DNA of 64,000 bases. It comes from Octopus sinensis (taxonomy: Eukaryota). The position numbers were made by a program, and so were the translations under genes. Below are positions 24,780 through 36,125 of the stretch, in pieces. Where the stretch lies: contig NC_043019.1 in NCBI RefSeq assembly GCF_006345805.1, positions 16,987,360-17,051,359 of the forward strand. The letters are read 5' to 3'. Numbering within the stretch: position 1 is the stretch's first letter; every line of letters starts with the position of its first letter. The notes under the pieces were generated by a model. It did not search any database, was not told where the DNA came from, and saw only the letters and a program-made list of their open reading frames with translations.

Positions 24780-25400
24780 AAGCACAAGGCCCGAACTTTG
24801 TGGGGAGGGGACCAGTTGATTACATTGACCCCAGTATGCAACTGGTACTTAATTTATCAACCTCAAAAGGATGAAAGGCAAAGTTGACCTTCGCGGAATT
24901 TGAACTCAGAATTTAAAGGCAGATGAAATACCACTAAGCATTTGGCCCAGCATGCTAATGGTTCTGCCAGCTTGGCTCTCTTAAAATTGCAACAAAATAT
25001 TGGCATTTCTCTTTTCATCATTTTCCTTGTTTCAGTCGTTGGATTGTGGCCATGCTGGAGCATCACATTGAAAGGGTTTAGCCAAACAAGTCAACCCCAG
25101 TAGTTATTATGGTCTTTTAAAGCCTGGCACTTATTCTATTGGTCTCTTTTGTTGAACCGGTAATTTACAGGGATGTAAACAAACCAACATCAGTTGTTGA
25201 GCAGTGGTGGGTAACAAACACAGGCAAAAAGAAACACACACACACACAAAGGGTTTCTACACAGTTTCCATCTACTAGATTCACTCACAAGGCAGGCATC
25301 GGTTGGCTTGGGGCTATATTAAACGATGGTTACCCAAGGTGTCACACAGTGGGACAGAACCTAAAACCACATGGTTGCAGAACCTTCTTCTTAGACACAC
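24780..25400 (-). mobile_element. Adjacent Meta-like SINE (24780-24975) and diverged CORE-type SINE (25015-25400)
   Basis: Reverse complements of the family motifs described above. Confidence 0.75.
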
Positions 25401-26329
25401 AGCCAGGACTATATATTTTGAAATTAATATATTTTAATATGTTAAATAGGCTCAAAAGATTGTTTAGTATAACTAGTATAACTTGGCTCTACCAGCCATC
25501 ATCTTTCATATTTCAAGAAATGGGAAAAAAAAGGAAAAGTGTCGCAATATTAACTGGATTGCAGAAAACACAAATTTGAACTAAGAAACTAGCGTCGAGA
25601 TGAAGTATTCTGATGCTGTTGTTGTTGTTGTTGTTGCAGTTGTTTTTACTGATTCTAAAAAGAGAAGAGAAAACTGGGGAAGTAAAAAATGAATCCGATA
25701 ACTGAAATATAAAAACCATCCATTTGAATATCAATTAAGATAATTTTCTCTTCACTTTGAATAAACAAATTAAGAAGCAATCCCACTTTTTCAGATTTTA
25801 TGACCTCATTTACAAGACATTTTTTTTTTAACGCCATTCTTTAAAGCAATGGTTTTTTTTTTTGCTGTTTTATACTTCTTTCATTTTAAAATTTTAAACT
25901 CCATGCAGTGACTAAACTTTTTTAAAAGGACTATTTCTTTTAAGAACTAATCTTCTTCTGCTGGGAAATCTATTCCATGATGATGTTCTTCAACAAGATT
26001 TCAAGCAGAGAAAAACAGAAATAATGCCCCATTTCCCTTTGATAAATCTGAGGAATGTCAGAAATTTGTTGAAGATGTTTTGATTATCGTGTTGCCAGGC
26101 TTCTGTCATCACCGGAGAGAGGAATTGTAACCTTTATACCCAGCGTCTTTATTAAATGTGTTAAATATATTTATGCTATTTCTTTGGTATGTTGAAATGG
26201 TAATTTACCCACCAAAGAGTGGAGAGGGAACCACACACCACAGCAACCCCCTGCATCCAAGTTAGTATTATAAGAGTAAACACCCCCACAGTCAGCTCCA
26301 GCTTCCAGTTCTATAAACTGTGTACAAGC

Positions 26330-26583
26330 ATGTGTGTTTGAGTGTTTATATACACATACATATATGTAAATGTGTATGTAAGTATATTTACATACATATA
26401 TATGTCTATATGTGTGTGCATATATGTATATATATATATTCATATATATGTATGTATATATCAATATGTACATATATCTATATGTGTGATGACACACACA
26501 CACATATATATACACACACGCACACACACATATATATATACACACACACACACACATATATACATACACTTATATATACACAT

Positions 26584-26622
<39 letters not shown>

Positions 26623-26625
26623 CAC

Positions 26626-26712
<87 letters not shown>
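26330..26712. repeat. (TA)n/(CA)n compound microsatellite
   Basis: Seen directly. Confidence 0.95.
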
Positions 26713-26717
<5 letters not shown>

Positions 26718-27240
26718 ATGATATCATCTTTGTGGCTGGGGATTTCAATGGGCTTGTCGGGCAGCAGCCTGGTCTCTTCTATGGTATACATGGGAACCAT
26801 GGAATTGGTTCCCAAAATGAAGAGGGGACAAGGCTACTGGAATTCCATGATGTAAGTAACCTATTTATCTGCAACACCAGCTTCAGGAAGCCAGCCAGCC
26901 ACCTGATAACCTACCAATCAGGTGACTCTGCGGGGCCAGATCAATTACATTCTCATCAGACAGCAGGATGCATGGTTGCTCTTAAATACAAAGACCCTCC
27001 CTGGTGAAGAATGTACCCCCCACCAGCATAGACTTTAGTCTCCTGGCCAGAAGGATGCCGAGAAGCAGACCAATCTGGAAAAGAAGGATTTGGAAGCTTA
27101 AGGACCCTTCATATGGTTAGAGATTTAGGGAGATCCTAATTGTGAAATTTGATGAGAGGGAGGAAAAACTACAGACTTGTAACATAGAGCTGTGGGACAG
27201 CTTGCTGAGTGCCACAAACCAAATCTGTTGCTGGTGCCCA
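26718..27240 (+). mobile_element. RTE LINE apurinic endonuclease-domain fragment
   Basis: DIIFVAGDFNGLVG...GNHGIGSQNEEGTRLLEF...NLFICNTSFRKPASHLITYQSG in ORF 26342-27007, continuing with frameshifts. Confidence 0.85.
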
Positions 27241-27539
27241 CCCACCCACCATATTCGCTGGACATTGCTCATCTTCTTATCATTTATTCTGCAGTCTTCA
27301 AAATTATTTGGGCGGAAAAAATATGAATTCTGTAGACGAGGTCAGAATAGTACTGGAGGGGTAGTTTTTGTCATGGACAAGTGAATTTTGGAAGAGGGGC
27401 CTTGCAAATCTACCAGATATATAGAAGAGCAGTATAGAAAATGAAGGAGTGTATATTTTAGATTAAAAAGGAACTTTGTTTATGCATTATTTACATTAAC
27501 TATATTTGATGGATATTTGTCCTCATCTTGTTTGTTGTT

Positions 27540-27585
27540 AACACAACATTTTGGCTGATGTACTCTCCAGCCTTCATCAGGTGTC
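27540..27585 (-). ncRNA. Degenerate minimal type-I hammerhead ribozyme motif (left arm)
   Basis: Minus strand GACAC-CTGATGA-A-GGCTG(gagagtacat)CAGCC-AAAAT-GTT-GTGTT. The GAAAC core has decayed to AAAAT at two CpG positions, so it is probably inactive. Confidence 0.55.
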
Positions 27586-27827
27586 TTGGGGAAATTTCGA
27601 ACCTGGGTTCTCATTCCTAAGGTATTTTTCGATGTTGTTGTTATTATTATTATCATTATTATTATTATTATTCAGGTCACTGCCTGGAATCGAACTCAGA
27701 ATCTTGGGGTTAGTAGCCTGCACTCTTAACCACTACACCATATGCCCATGGTTAAGAGCGCAGGCTACTAAATCCAAGATTCTGAGTTCCATTCCAGGCA
27801 GTGACCTGAACAACAACAATACTGATG

Positions 27828-27888
<61 letters not shown>

Positions 27889-27905
27889 TAACAATAATAA
27901 TAATA

Positions 27906-28704
27906 CGAAGCCAGTATGCTCCGATGGATGTGTAATGTCAGTGTTCATACTCGACAGAGTGTAAGTACCTTGAGAGACAAGTTGGACCTAAGAAGCATCA
28001 GTTGCGGTGTGCAAGAGAGATGTTTGCGCTGGTATGGTCGTGTGGCGAGAATGGATGAAGATAGTTGTGTGAAAAAGTGCCATACCCTAGCGGTTGAGGG
28101 AACCCGTGGAAGAAGCAGACCCAGGAAAACCTGGGACGAGGTGGTGAAGCACGACCTTCGAACTTTAGGTCTCACTGAGGAAATGACTAGAGACCGAGAC
28201 CTTTGGAAGTGTGCTGTGTGTGAGAAGACCCGGTAGGACAAGTGAGACCATAACCCATGGCTTCTACATGGGATGTGCCAGTCCACTTATGCATACCTTT
28301 CCTTCTTGGGACACAAAACTCTACTTGTGAAGACCTGTTGAGGCAAGTGAAAATTGATCAACATCAATGGAAATTGCAGCTGTGACACCAGTGCCGGTGG
28401 CACGTAAGAGAACCATCTGAACGTGGCTGTTGCCAGCGCTGCCCTGACTGGCCTCGTGCCAGTGGCACGTAAAAAGCAGCATCCAATCGTGGCCATTTAC
28501 CAGCCTCGTCTGGCACCTATGCCGGTGGCACGTAAAAAGCACCCACTACACTCATGGAGTGGTTGGTGTTAGGAAGGGCATCCAGCCGTAGAAACATTGC
28601 CAGATCAGACTGGGCCTGGTGCAGCCTTCTGGCTTCCCAGACCCCAGTTGAACCGTCCAACCCATGCTAGCATGGAAAGCGGAAGCTAAACGATGATGAT
28701 GATG
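27906..28704 (+). mobile_element. 5'-truncated RTE LINE (ORF2 C-terminus, 3' UTR, (GAT)n tail)
   Basis: ORF 27916-28236: MLRWMCNV...LRWYGRVARMDEDSCVKK...GTRGRSRPRKTWDEVVKHDL, followed by hairpin units and the conserved terminal block. Confidence 0.92.
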
Positions 28705-28748
28705 AAAAATATCTTAGGAATGAGAACCCAGGTTTGAAATTTCCCCAA

Positions 28749-28794
28749 GACACCTGAAGAAGGCTGGAGAGTATATCAGCCGAAATGTTGTGTT
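28749..28794 (+). ncRNA. Minimal type-I hammerhead ribozyme motif (right arm)
   Basis: GACAC-CTGAAGA-A-GGCTG(gagagtatat)CAGCC-GAAA-T-GTT-GTGTT. Stem I is GACAC/GTGTT, stem II is GGCTG/CAGCC, and stem III has no loop (inferred ancestral ACGT palindrome). Confidence 0.62.
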
Positions 28795-29084
28795 AACAAC
28801 AAACAAGATGGGGACAAATATCGTCAAATGTAAATAATTCCTCCTCTCTTAAATATAGAACTTTGTTTATTTTAATATTTAAAAATAAAAGTAGTTTAAA
28901 AAATCTGCATTATTTATAGGTTGACCCCATAGATTTAAACTTACATAAATGTTCATGTCAATTTTAAGTGTGATTATCCCACAAAATAACTGTTGAGGGA
29001 AGTTTATTTCAATAATCACCTTATCATATCAAAATGATAATTTTTATATGAACCTTTCATTTAAACTACACCAATATTAGTCTA

Positions 29085-29490
29085 AAATTCTGGCACAAGG
29101 CCAGCAATTTTGGGGGAAGGGGTAAGTTGATTACATTAACCCCAGTGTTTAACTGGTACTTATTTCATTGGGGTCGATAAAATAAGTACCAGTTGAACAC
29201 TTGGGTTAATGTAATCAACTTAACCCCTCCCCCAAAATTGCTGGCCTTGTGCCAAAATTTGAAGTCGTTATTATTATAATAACAAGGTGGCGATCTGGCA
29301 GACTCGTTAGCACACCAGGCAGAATGCTTAACAGCAATTTGTTTGTTTTCATGTTCTGAGTTCAAATTCATCTTAGGCCAACTTTCCTGTAGGGGTTGAT
29401 AAAATAAGGACCAGTTGAGTACTGGAGTTGGTGTAATCGACTTACCTCCCAGCCCAAAAAAATTTCTGGCCTTGTGCCAAAATTTGAAAT
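29085..29490. mobile_element. Cluster of Meta-like SINE fragments in both orientations
   Basis: A-type tail inverted pair around 29165, then a plus-strand copy at 29285-29490. Confidence 0.75.
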
Positions 29491-30249
29491 GATTATTACT
29501 ATTAAAACTGTTATTAAGCAACATGGTCAACTCTTCTATTTGATTTGAATTTTGAGAAAACAATTTTCTCCACATTCCTTTTCCATTAACGAGGATATTT
29601 AATTATGTTTAATTATAACCACAACATGATCAGTGAAACACAAGCATTTTAATTAAAAATATTTAACAGATTTTTGTGCCTTCATTATAATTTGGTACTG
29701 CAATGTAGATTATTAGAGCATCTCTGTTGATGCCAGTTTCTCATATTTTTGGAGATTAATTCATTTAATGAAACCATTTATGCTGTCTCTGAAAATACTA
29801 AAGAATGGACAAAACTATTTCATATATGGAACCAGAAATATCTGTGGGTTTTTTTTCAAATTTTCTTTCCTTTGCAGTTTTTAGCAGATACATTGACAGT
29901 AATAAGGAGAGTCAACACATTTGTATACAAAGCATGTTTGTATTTATTCATGAGTTGATGGCATTAAGCATGCTTTTGTTAATTGTTTTCGATGCCTCCA
30001 CAGTCACAAGCAGACTTAGATACCATCTTGCCCTTCTCCCCCTTGACCCAATGGAACAGTGTGGGTGGGGCAGCTGGGAAGACATAGGACAGCATCAGCA
30101 CTGGAGCAATGTGAAAGGAAATGCCTGGCTGAAGGGCACAGCTTACCACCCAGCCCAGGAATTGAACTCACAGCCTTATCAACCCAACACCTCTAATCAC
30201 CAGGCCACATGCCTTTGCATTTCTCTTTAAAAAAAATTTAATATAATTC

Positions 30250-31260
30250 TGAAATGGAGCTTTTCCTCCATTGCACAGAAAATTCAGTATTTATTAACAC
30301 AGGCAAGATTTCTTAATGGTTATGAATTGCTAATACCAGTTCAGATGCCATTTTGGTGTGTTTTTGGTTGGAAATTGGCAGACAGCCATTATAATACTGA
30401 CTTGTACTTTGTGTATAGAAGTCGAATATTTTAACCAAATAAAACGATCCTCTGTAACTGGTTCTTGCCACAGCAATTTATTCATCTAAAACTTGGAAAT
30501 ACAACAATAAAAATGGAAAAATTTCTTCAGCCACAACCTTTTCATGACATTTTATTTGATACAAGAATAGAGTGACCACATTGTTAAACAACATTTCTAA
30601 ATGTTCTTACAGAGTTCCCAGACTCAGCTGAACAACAATAATCCATTCTGCCTACTAATTTTATTTCTTCTTCAATCTTCAGTACGGTAATTGATTCCAT
30701 CAACTACAATGCTGCCTCAGTTAACCTTAATTATGTCTTCGTTAAACAGCAGACGATAACTTATTACAGAATGTAATTACAGTCTTGTGCATAACAACCA
30801 GAGGAAGACATTAAATCTTTTGCCACAATTCTACACAGTTTTGCCAGACTTTGTAAAATGTCAGAGAAGTAAATGTTTAAGTATTTAAGAAGAAAATATT
30901 AGAATTTTTCTTCATTTCTGGGATCTCTTCCAACCATTTTCAACAAAGATTTTTTGAGAACTTGTTATTGAATTAGGAGCAGGCAATCTCCCATCCATAT
31001 TCTTTAGAAGCTGCTCAAAGAAAACCAGAGACTTATCTTCCCCCTCTTAATGTCTTATTTGGAATGGCCACGAAAAGAGAGCCTACTTCCTTAGCAATGT
31101 GTATACTGCTGCCATCTTGATCATACAAACCCTATAGATGAAGATGCTGCTTTTTTGCTGCCCCAGCCATGACTAGTCTGTTTGTCTGGCAAAGAAAGTA
31201 GCTTGAAATAATTGCGAAAAGGTTGAACAATTTTCATGAAGCTGTTGTTCAAAAAGAGTC
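30250..31260 (-). pseudogene. Decayed coding-like DNA of unknown origin
   Basis: Long frames with few stops: GLYDQDGSSIHIAKEVGSLFVAIPNKTLRGEDKSLVFFEQLLKNMDGRLP... (72 open codons) and EHLEMLFNNVVTLF...YYNGCLPIS... (~125 codons, 2 stops). No family recognised. Confidence 0.3.
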
Positions 31261-31277
31261 ACAGCATCATCATCATT

Positions 31278-31650
31278 TACTCATTTACTTGTTTCAGTCA
31301 TCTGACTGTGGTCATGCTGGAGCACCGCCTTAGATACCAAATCGACCCCAGGACTTATTCTTTGTAAGCCTAGTACTTATTCTATCGGTCTCTTTTGCCG
31401 AACCGCTAAGTTTCGGGGACGTAAACACACCAGCATCAGTTGTCAAGCGATGTTGGAAGGGGGAGACACAAACACAACACACAAACATACACATATATAT
31501 ATACATATATACGACGGGCTTCTTTCAGTTTCTGTCTACCAAATCCACTATAGTAGAAGACACTTGCGCAAGGTGTCACGCAGTGGGACTGAACCCGGAA
31601 CCATGTGGTTCGTAAGCAAGCTACTTACCACAGAGCCACTCCTACGCCTA
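31278..31650 (-). mobile_element. CORE-type SINE
   Basis: Family motifs in reverse complement. Confidence 0.85.
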
Positions 31651-32558
31651 CAGTTGTGGTTAGAAGGAAACCCTTGATTAATTTATAATCAGTATATATT
31701 AGATTAATTAATATATTGATACTCTTTAGAGGTACTGCAACAAGTTTTGTAGATGAGGGTGCTTACAAAAATCTCTCCCTCCAAATATGTCTTTGAAACA
31801 ACCTGGCACTTTAGTCTGACAGATCGATTCCTTGTCTTTCTCTCTTTCACACAACTTCTTATGGTTTTTTGCTTTTGTTTTGCTTTTGTTTTAATACAAA
31901 TGTGTGTTTAAATGTTTTGCTTAACTTGTGTTTCTTTCTAATTTTGAGATATAACTTTCGTATGGCTTTGTTATATTTAAATTTTGATTATCAAAAAATC
32001 TGTTTCTCTACAACAGATGTGGGCCACCTTTTTTGAGAAACGGGCCACACGAGACATAGCTCATCCTCAGACATGGCAGCACTACTTAAATAGAAAATCA
32101 AAATAATTTTTGTTGATGTGCCATTCAGAAAGTCCTACAGCCCACATGCTGCTCCAAGGCCACAGTTTGCTCATGACTGCTTTACATGTCCCCATGGTGT
32201 TAAGCCCCTCTTCATAATCCTTCATGCCTATGTAAGGATTTGAAACCATTTGTTACTAAATCCCACTGCCTTCTTCCTTCGAAGGGAATAAACAGCTTGT
32301 TGATGATGATGATGATGATGATGATGCTACTGAGCACTTGAGTAGAAGGGTTAGTAGTAAGAAACAGCAGCAGATGACAATTCCTTCTTATTGACTCTTC
32401 ACAAATGATAAATCACTGCAGTATTCTTGGTGCCTATCCACTTCCTAATACTACAGATTCCTATATCCTATTTCCTGGAATAAATTCTACAGTAAATTGG
32501 ATCTGAAAACAGTATACCATCAGGTTCTGCTTCGCAATAAGGATGGTGATGATGATGG

Positions 32559-32595
<37 letters not shown>

Positions 32596-33452
32596 AGGTA
32601 TGCACATTTCAAGTTAATGGATGTTTATTTCATTAGTGACTCTTTGCTATGACTAATGCTGTAAATGTTTTTTTTCAAAAAATAATGGATGGTATAATTA
32701 CTACCAACGATATTAACGATGTTATTATAGTTGGCAAAATTATCGAGGAAGATGAAGAGAACACGGCTAAATTTATTTCAACATTGAACAATGACAAATG
32801 TCTTTTATACCAAAACATCCAATTGTTGCCAAGGATACAAAAAAAAAAAGAAAAAGAGAGAATAATTTTCTGCAACTTGGTCCCCCCAAAAATGAAATCC
32901 TTTATTTGATGCTTACCGGTACTAAATAACAACAATTGTTAGGTTTGTCCAGTAATTACTCTAAATGTGTGGCCCCTTTTGAAAAACTAATTCAGTTCCT
33001 TCTAGCAGCCATTTTGCCATTGCAGAAACAAAAGCAAAAACAACAATCTGATTCTGTTCATTTGTGGACTTAAAAACTTCAATAATTAATGCATCACAAA
33101 CTCACTCTCTCCCCTTCTCCCTCCTACTTTTCTTGATGTTCTTCTGCATGTTGAAGCTGTTGCATTTGGACTCATGATATTCGATGTCCTTTCACAATGT
33201 AATAAACCTGCCACTTTCTTCTGCACAACTCCTTCTTATCCACATTACAATCTATTATCAGCTGAGAAAGATGTTTTGGCTATCCTAGAACGTGTTAGGA
33301 AATAAGAGAAGCTTATGGCATTTTTAGATAAATTTAAATTACGCAGGATCTTAATTATATTTAATGACCAAAGAAGAAGAAAAAGGAAGAGAGATAAGAT
33401 TGTTGATTCAGAATTATTTGGTCGATAATTATTACATCCACACACAGCTACC

Positions 33453-33970
33453 CTCACCAGATAGTTCTTTAGAACATAGCAACTGTTACTCTCACCAGAC
33501 ACTCCTCTATAACACAGCTCCTGATACTCTCATCAGATGCTCTCCTATAACACAGCTACTGATACTCTCATCAGATGCTCTCCTATAACACAGCTACTGA
33601 TACTCTCATCAGATGCTCTCCTATAACACAGCTCCTGATACTCTCATCAGATGCTCTCCTATAACACAGCTACTGATACTCTCATCAGATGCTCTCCTAT
33701 AACACAGCTACTGATACTCTCATCAGATGCTCTCCTATAACACAGCTCCTGATACTCTCATCAGATGCTCTCCTATAACACAGCTACTGATACTCTCATC
33801 AGATGCTCTCCTATAACACAGCTACTGATACTCTCATCAGATGCTCTCCTATAACACAGCTACTGATACTCTCATCAGATGCTCTCCTATAACACAGCTC
33901 CTGATACTCTCATCAGATGCTCTCCTATAACACAGCTACAGATACTCTCATCTGATACTCCTCTACAACA
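33453..33970. repeat. 38-bp minisatellite, 11 near-perfect units (33529-33946) plus degenerate flanking units
   Basis: Unit CTCATCAGATGCTCTCCTATAACACAGCT(A/C)CTGATACT. No spacers between units. Confidence 0.95.
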
Positions 33971-34584
33971 TCTGGAATCGCAGATTTACATCAGCTTTTG
34001 TGTTGTCCAGGAGAGACTTGATTGTGGCACAATGTCAGTTCTAAGAACTAGCCATTTTCAATGAAAGCTGTTAGAAAAAGATCTGTAACAGACACATTTC
34101 ATTCTTGGAATAGACACCATACTTCTACCATTCTCCTCACGCCAAAATTACGATATCCTCTCAACAATTCAAGTATTTCAGAGTTGGTTTCAAAAGTCTT
34201 CAACCATCATCTGACTCTCATCTCTGTTTGTGTTTATAGATGAATCCTCAAGGTTTGCCTCCACATTTGTATTTCCTGATATGACAGCTCCTACAATAAC
34301 TCGCTGCCTTGCACCATAACAAACTAGAAGCCTCGTGTAAGATGATATTTCACATTCGATGTCACTTGTCACTGAAACAATCTTTTTCTGGATGGCTGTC
34401 AGAGGTTGGGGAAGTTTTACTTTGATAACTTAACTCAAACAATAAATATGAGCGAAAGGACAATAGTAGTTAACAAACTGACTCTGTCCATCACTGTGGT
34501 CACTAAAAATATCTAAATGGTTGAACTGACATAGCAAAACCAAACTCCATAGGAAATTCTGATTCTACAGAATCTATTCTTTTC

Positions 34585-34790
34585 TACTAAAGGCACAAGG
34601 CCTGAAATTTGGGAGAGGGGGATAGTTGATTTCATCGACCCCAGTGCATAACTGGTATTTATTTCATCAACTCTGAAAGGATGAAAAGCAAAGTCGACCT
34701 CGGTGGAATTTGAACTCAGAATGTAGCAACGGGCAAAATACTGCCAAGTATTTCGTTCTGCAAATGATTCTGCCAGCTTTGCCACCTTTC
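34585..34790 (-). mobile_element. Meta-like SINE (A-type tail)
   Basis: Family motifs in reverse complement. Confidence 0.8.
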
Positions 34791-35740
34791 TACAGAATCT
34801 TTTGGTGATTGTTGCAATGTTGACTTGTTAAAGAATCCAGTCCAAGCAAGAAGTGGGTCTATTGATGGATGTTTCATTGATGAGTGCTGCAATCACTAAG
34901 CGTGTCAGTGGGAGCAGACCAGTGGTTGATATGGTCGTTGATGAAGAAATAATGGCTCAACCAATCAAAATTCCTGATCAGTCAACAAAGATCTGGGAAG
35001 TATCAAAAGAACTAAATCTTTAAATTGCTAGTGAATGCTGTACATTGTTACTTCCAGTTTGGGGCCATTAGGGTACACTTTAGTTGAAGGCAGGAAATAA
35101 TTTGTAATAAATACAGACACATGTTGGTGGTTCATAAAATGAATATTTTAGCTGAATAAAGCAATTGATTCTCAGGAACTATTTCTCATTCCCCTAAATT
35201 AATTAATGAATTAATGAGCAGCAATTAGAGTCTTCAATGAACAAAAAGTACCAAGGAATTGTTGAATCATCATGGAACATCTTAAAATATTAGCAAAATG
35301 AGTAATGAAAATCTTATCTGCCATTCGTTAGGACATTTATAAATAGACAGACACAGGACAGACACAAAAATCTAAAACATACCATATTCTTTAAATCACC
35401 AAAGAAATAAAACACTATGAAATTCTTTGACTATCACACCATGGTATCAAAGTTATTTTAAAGGTCACATTACAAAGAGATGAGAAAATGCCAGATGCTA
35501 AAATTGGTGAAATATCATTAGGATTCACAAAGGGACAGTAAATTTGAGAATAGTTTTTGACAAGATATATTTAGATTGTAAATACCACAAGACACTGATT
35601 AAATACCTCATGAAATTCCAAATTAGCAAAGAATATTTCTAACTACCATTTGACTAAAGAAGGATTTTCCCAGTGAATTTGCAATAGAATAAAGAGTACA
35701 GAATGGTATATTGTATAAAGGAATGTTTTCAGCATCTACA

Positions 35741-36125
35741 CTCTTTTTTACTCTTTTACTTGTTTCAGTCATTTGACTGTGGCCATGCTGGAGCACCGTC
35801 TTTAGTTGAGCAAGTCAACCCCAGGAGTTATTCTTTGTAAGCCTAGTACTTATTCTATCAGTCTCTTTTGCTGAACCGCTAATTTATGGGGGTTGTAAAC
35901 ACACCAGCATGAGTTGGGGGGACAAACACAGACACACAAACATATACACACACATACATATATATATATATACATATATACGACGGGCTTCTTTGAGTTT
36001 CCGTCTACCAAATCCGCTCACAAGGCTTTGGCCTGAGGCATAGTAGAAGACACTTGCCCAAGGTGCCACGCAGTGGGACTGAACCCGGAACCATGTGGTT
36101 GGTAAGCATGCTACTTATCACACAG
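35741..36125 (-). mobile_element. CORE-type SINE
   Basis: Family motifs in reverse complement; head clipped. Confidence 0.85.

Larger units (their letters stand above)
27484..28857. mobile_element. Head-to-head dimer of a tRNA-headed, hammerhead-bearing element with a 13-bp TSD, later interrupted by an RTE
   Basis: Left arm ~27505-27747 is the reverse complement of 27749-27905 plus 28705-28830. Each arm is tRNA-like head + (AAT)n + tail. GAACTTTGTTTAT is repeated at 27471-27483 and 28858-28870. Confidence 0.8.

Noticed and set aside
27672-27810. Functional tRNA genes (also at 780-850 and 39116-39175)
   Set aside because: A/B boxes are present but acceptor and anticodon stems do not pair properly, and each is fused to a SINE body.
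33453-33970. CRISPR-like array or coding repeat
   Set aside because: Units are directly adjacent with no unique spacers, and 38 bp is not a multiple of three, so stops appear on both strands.
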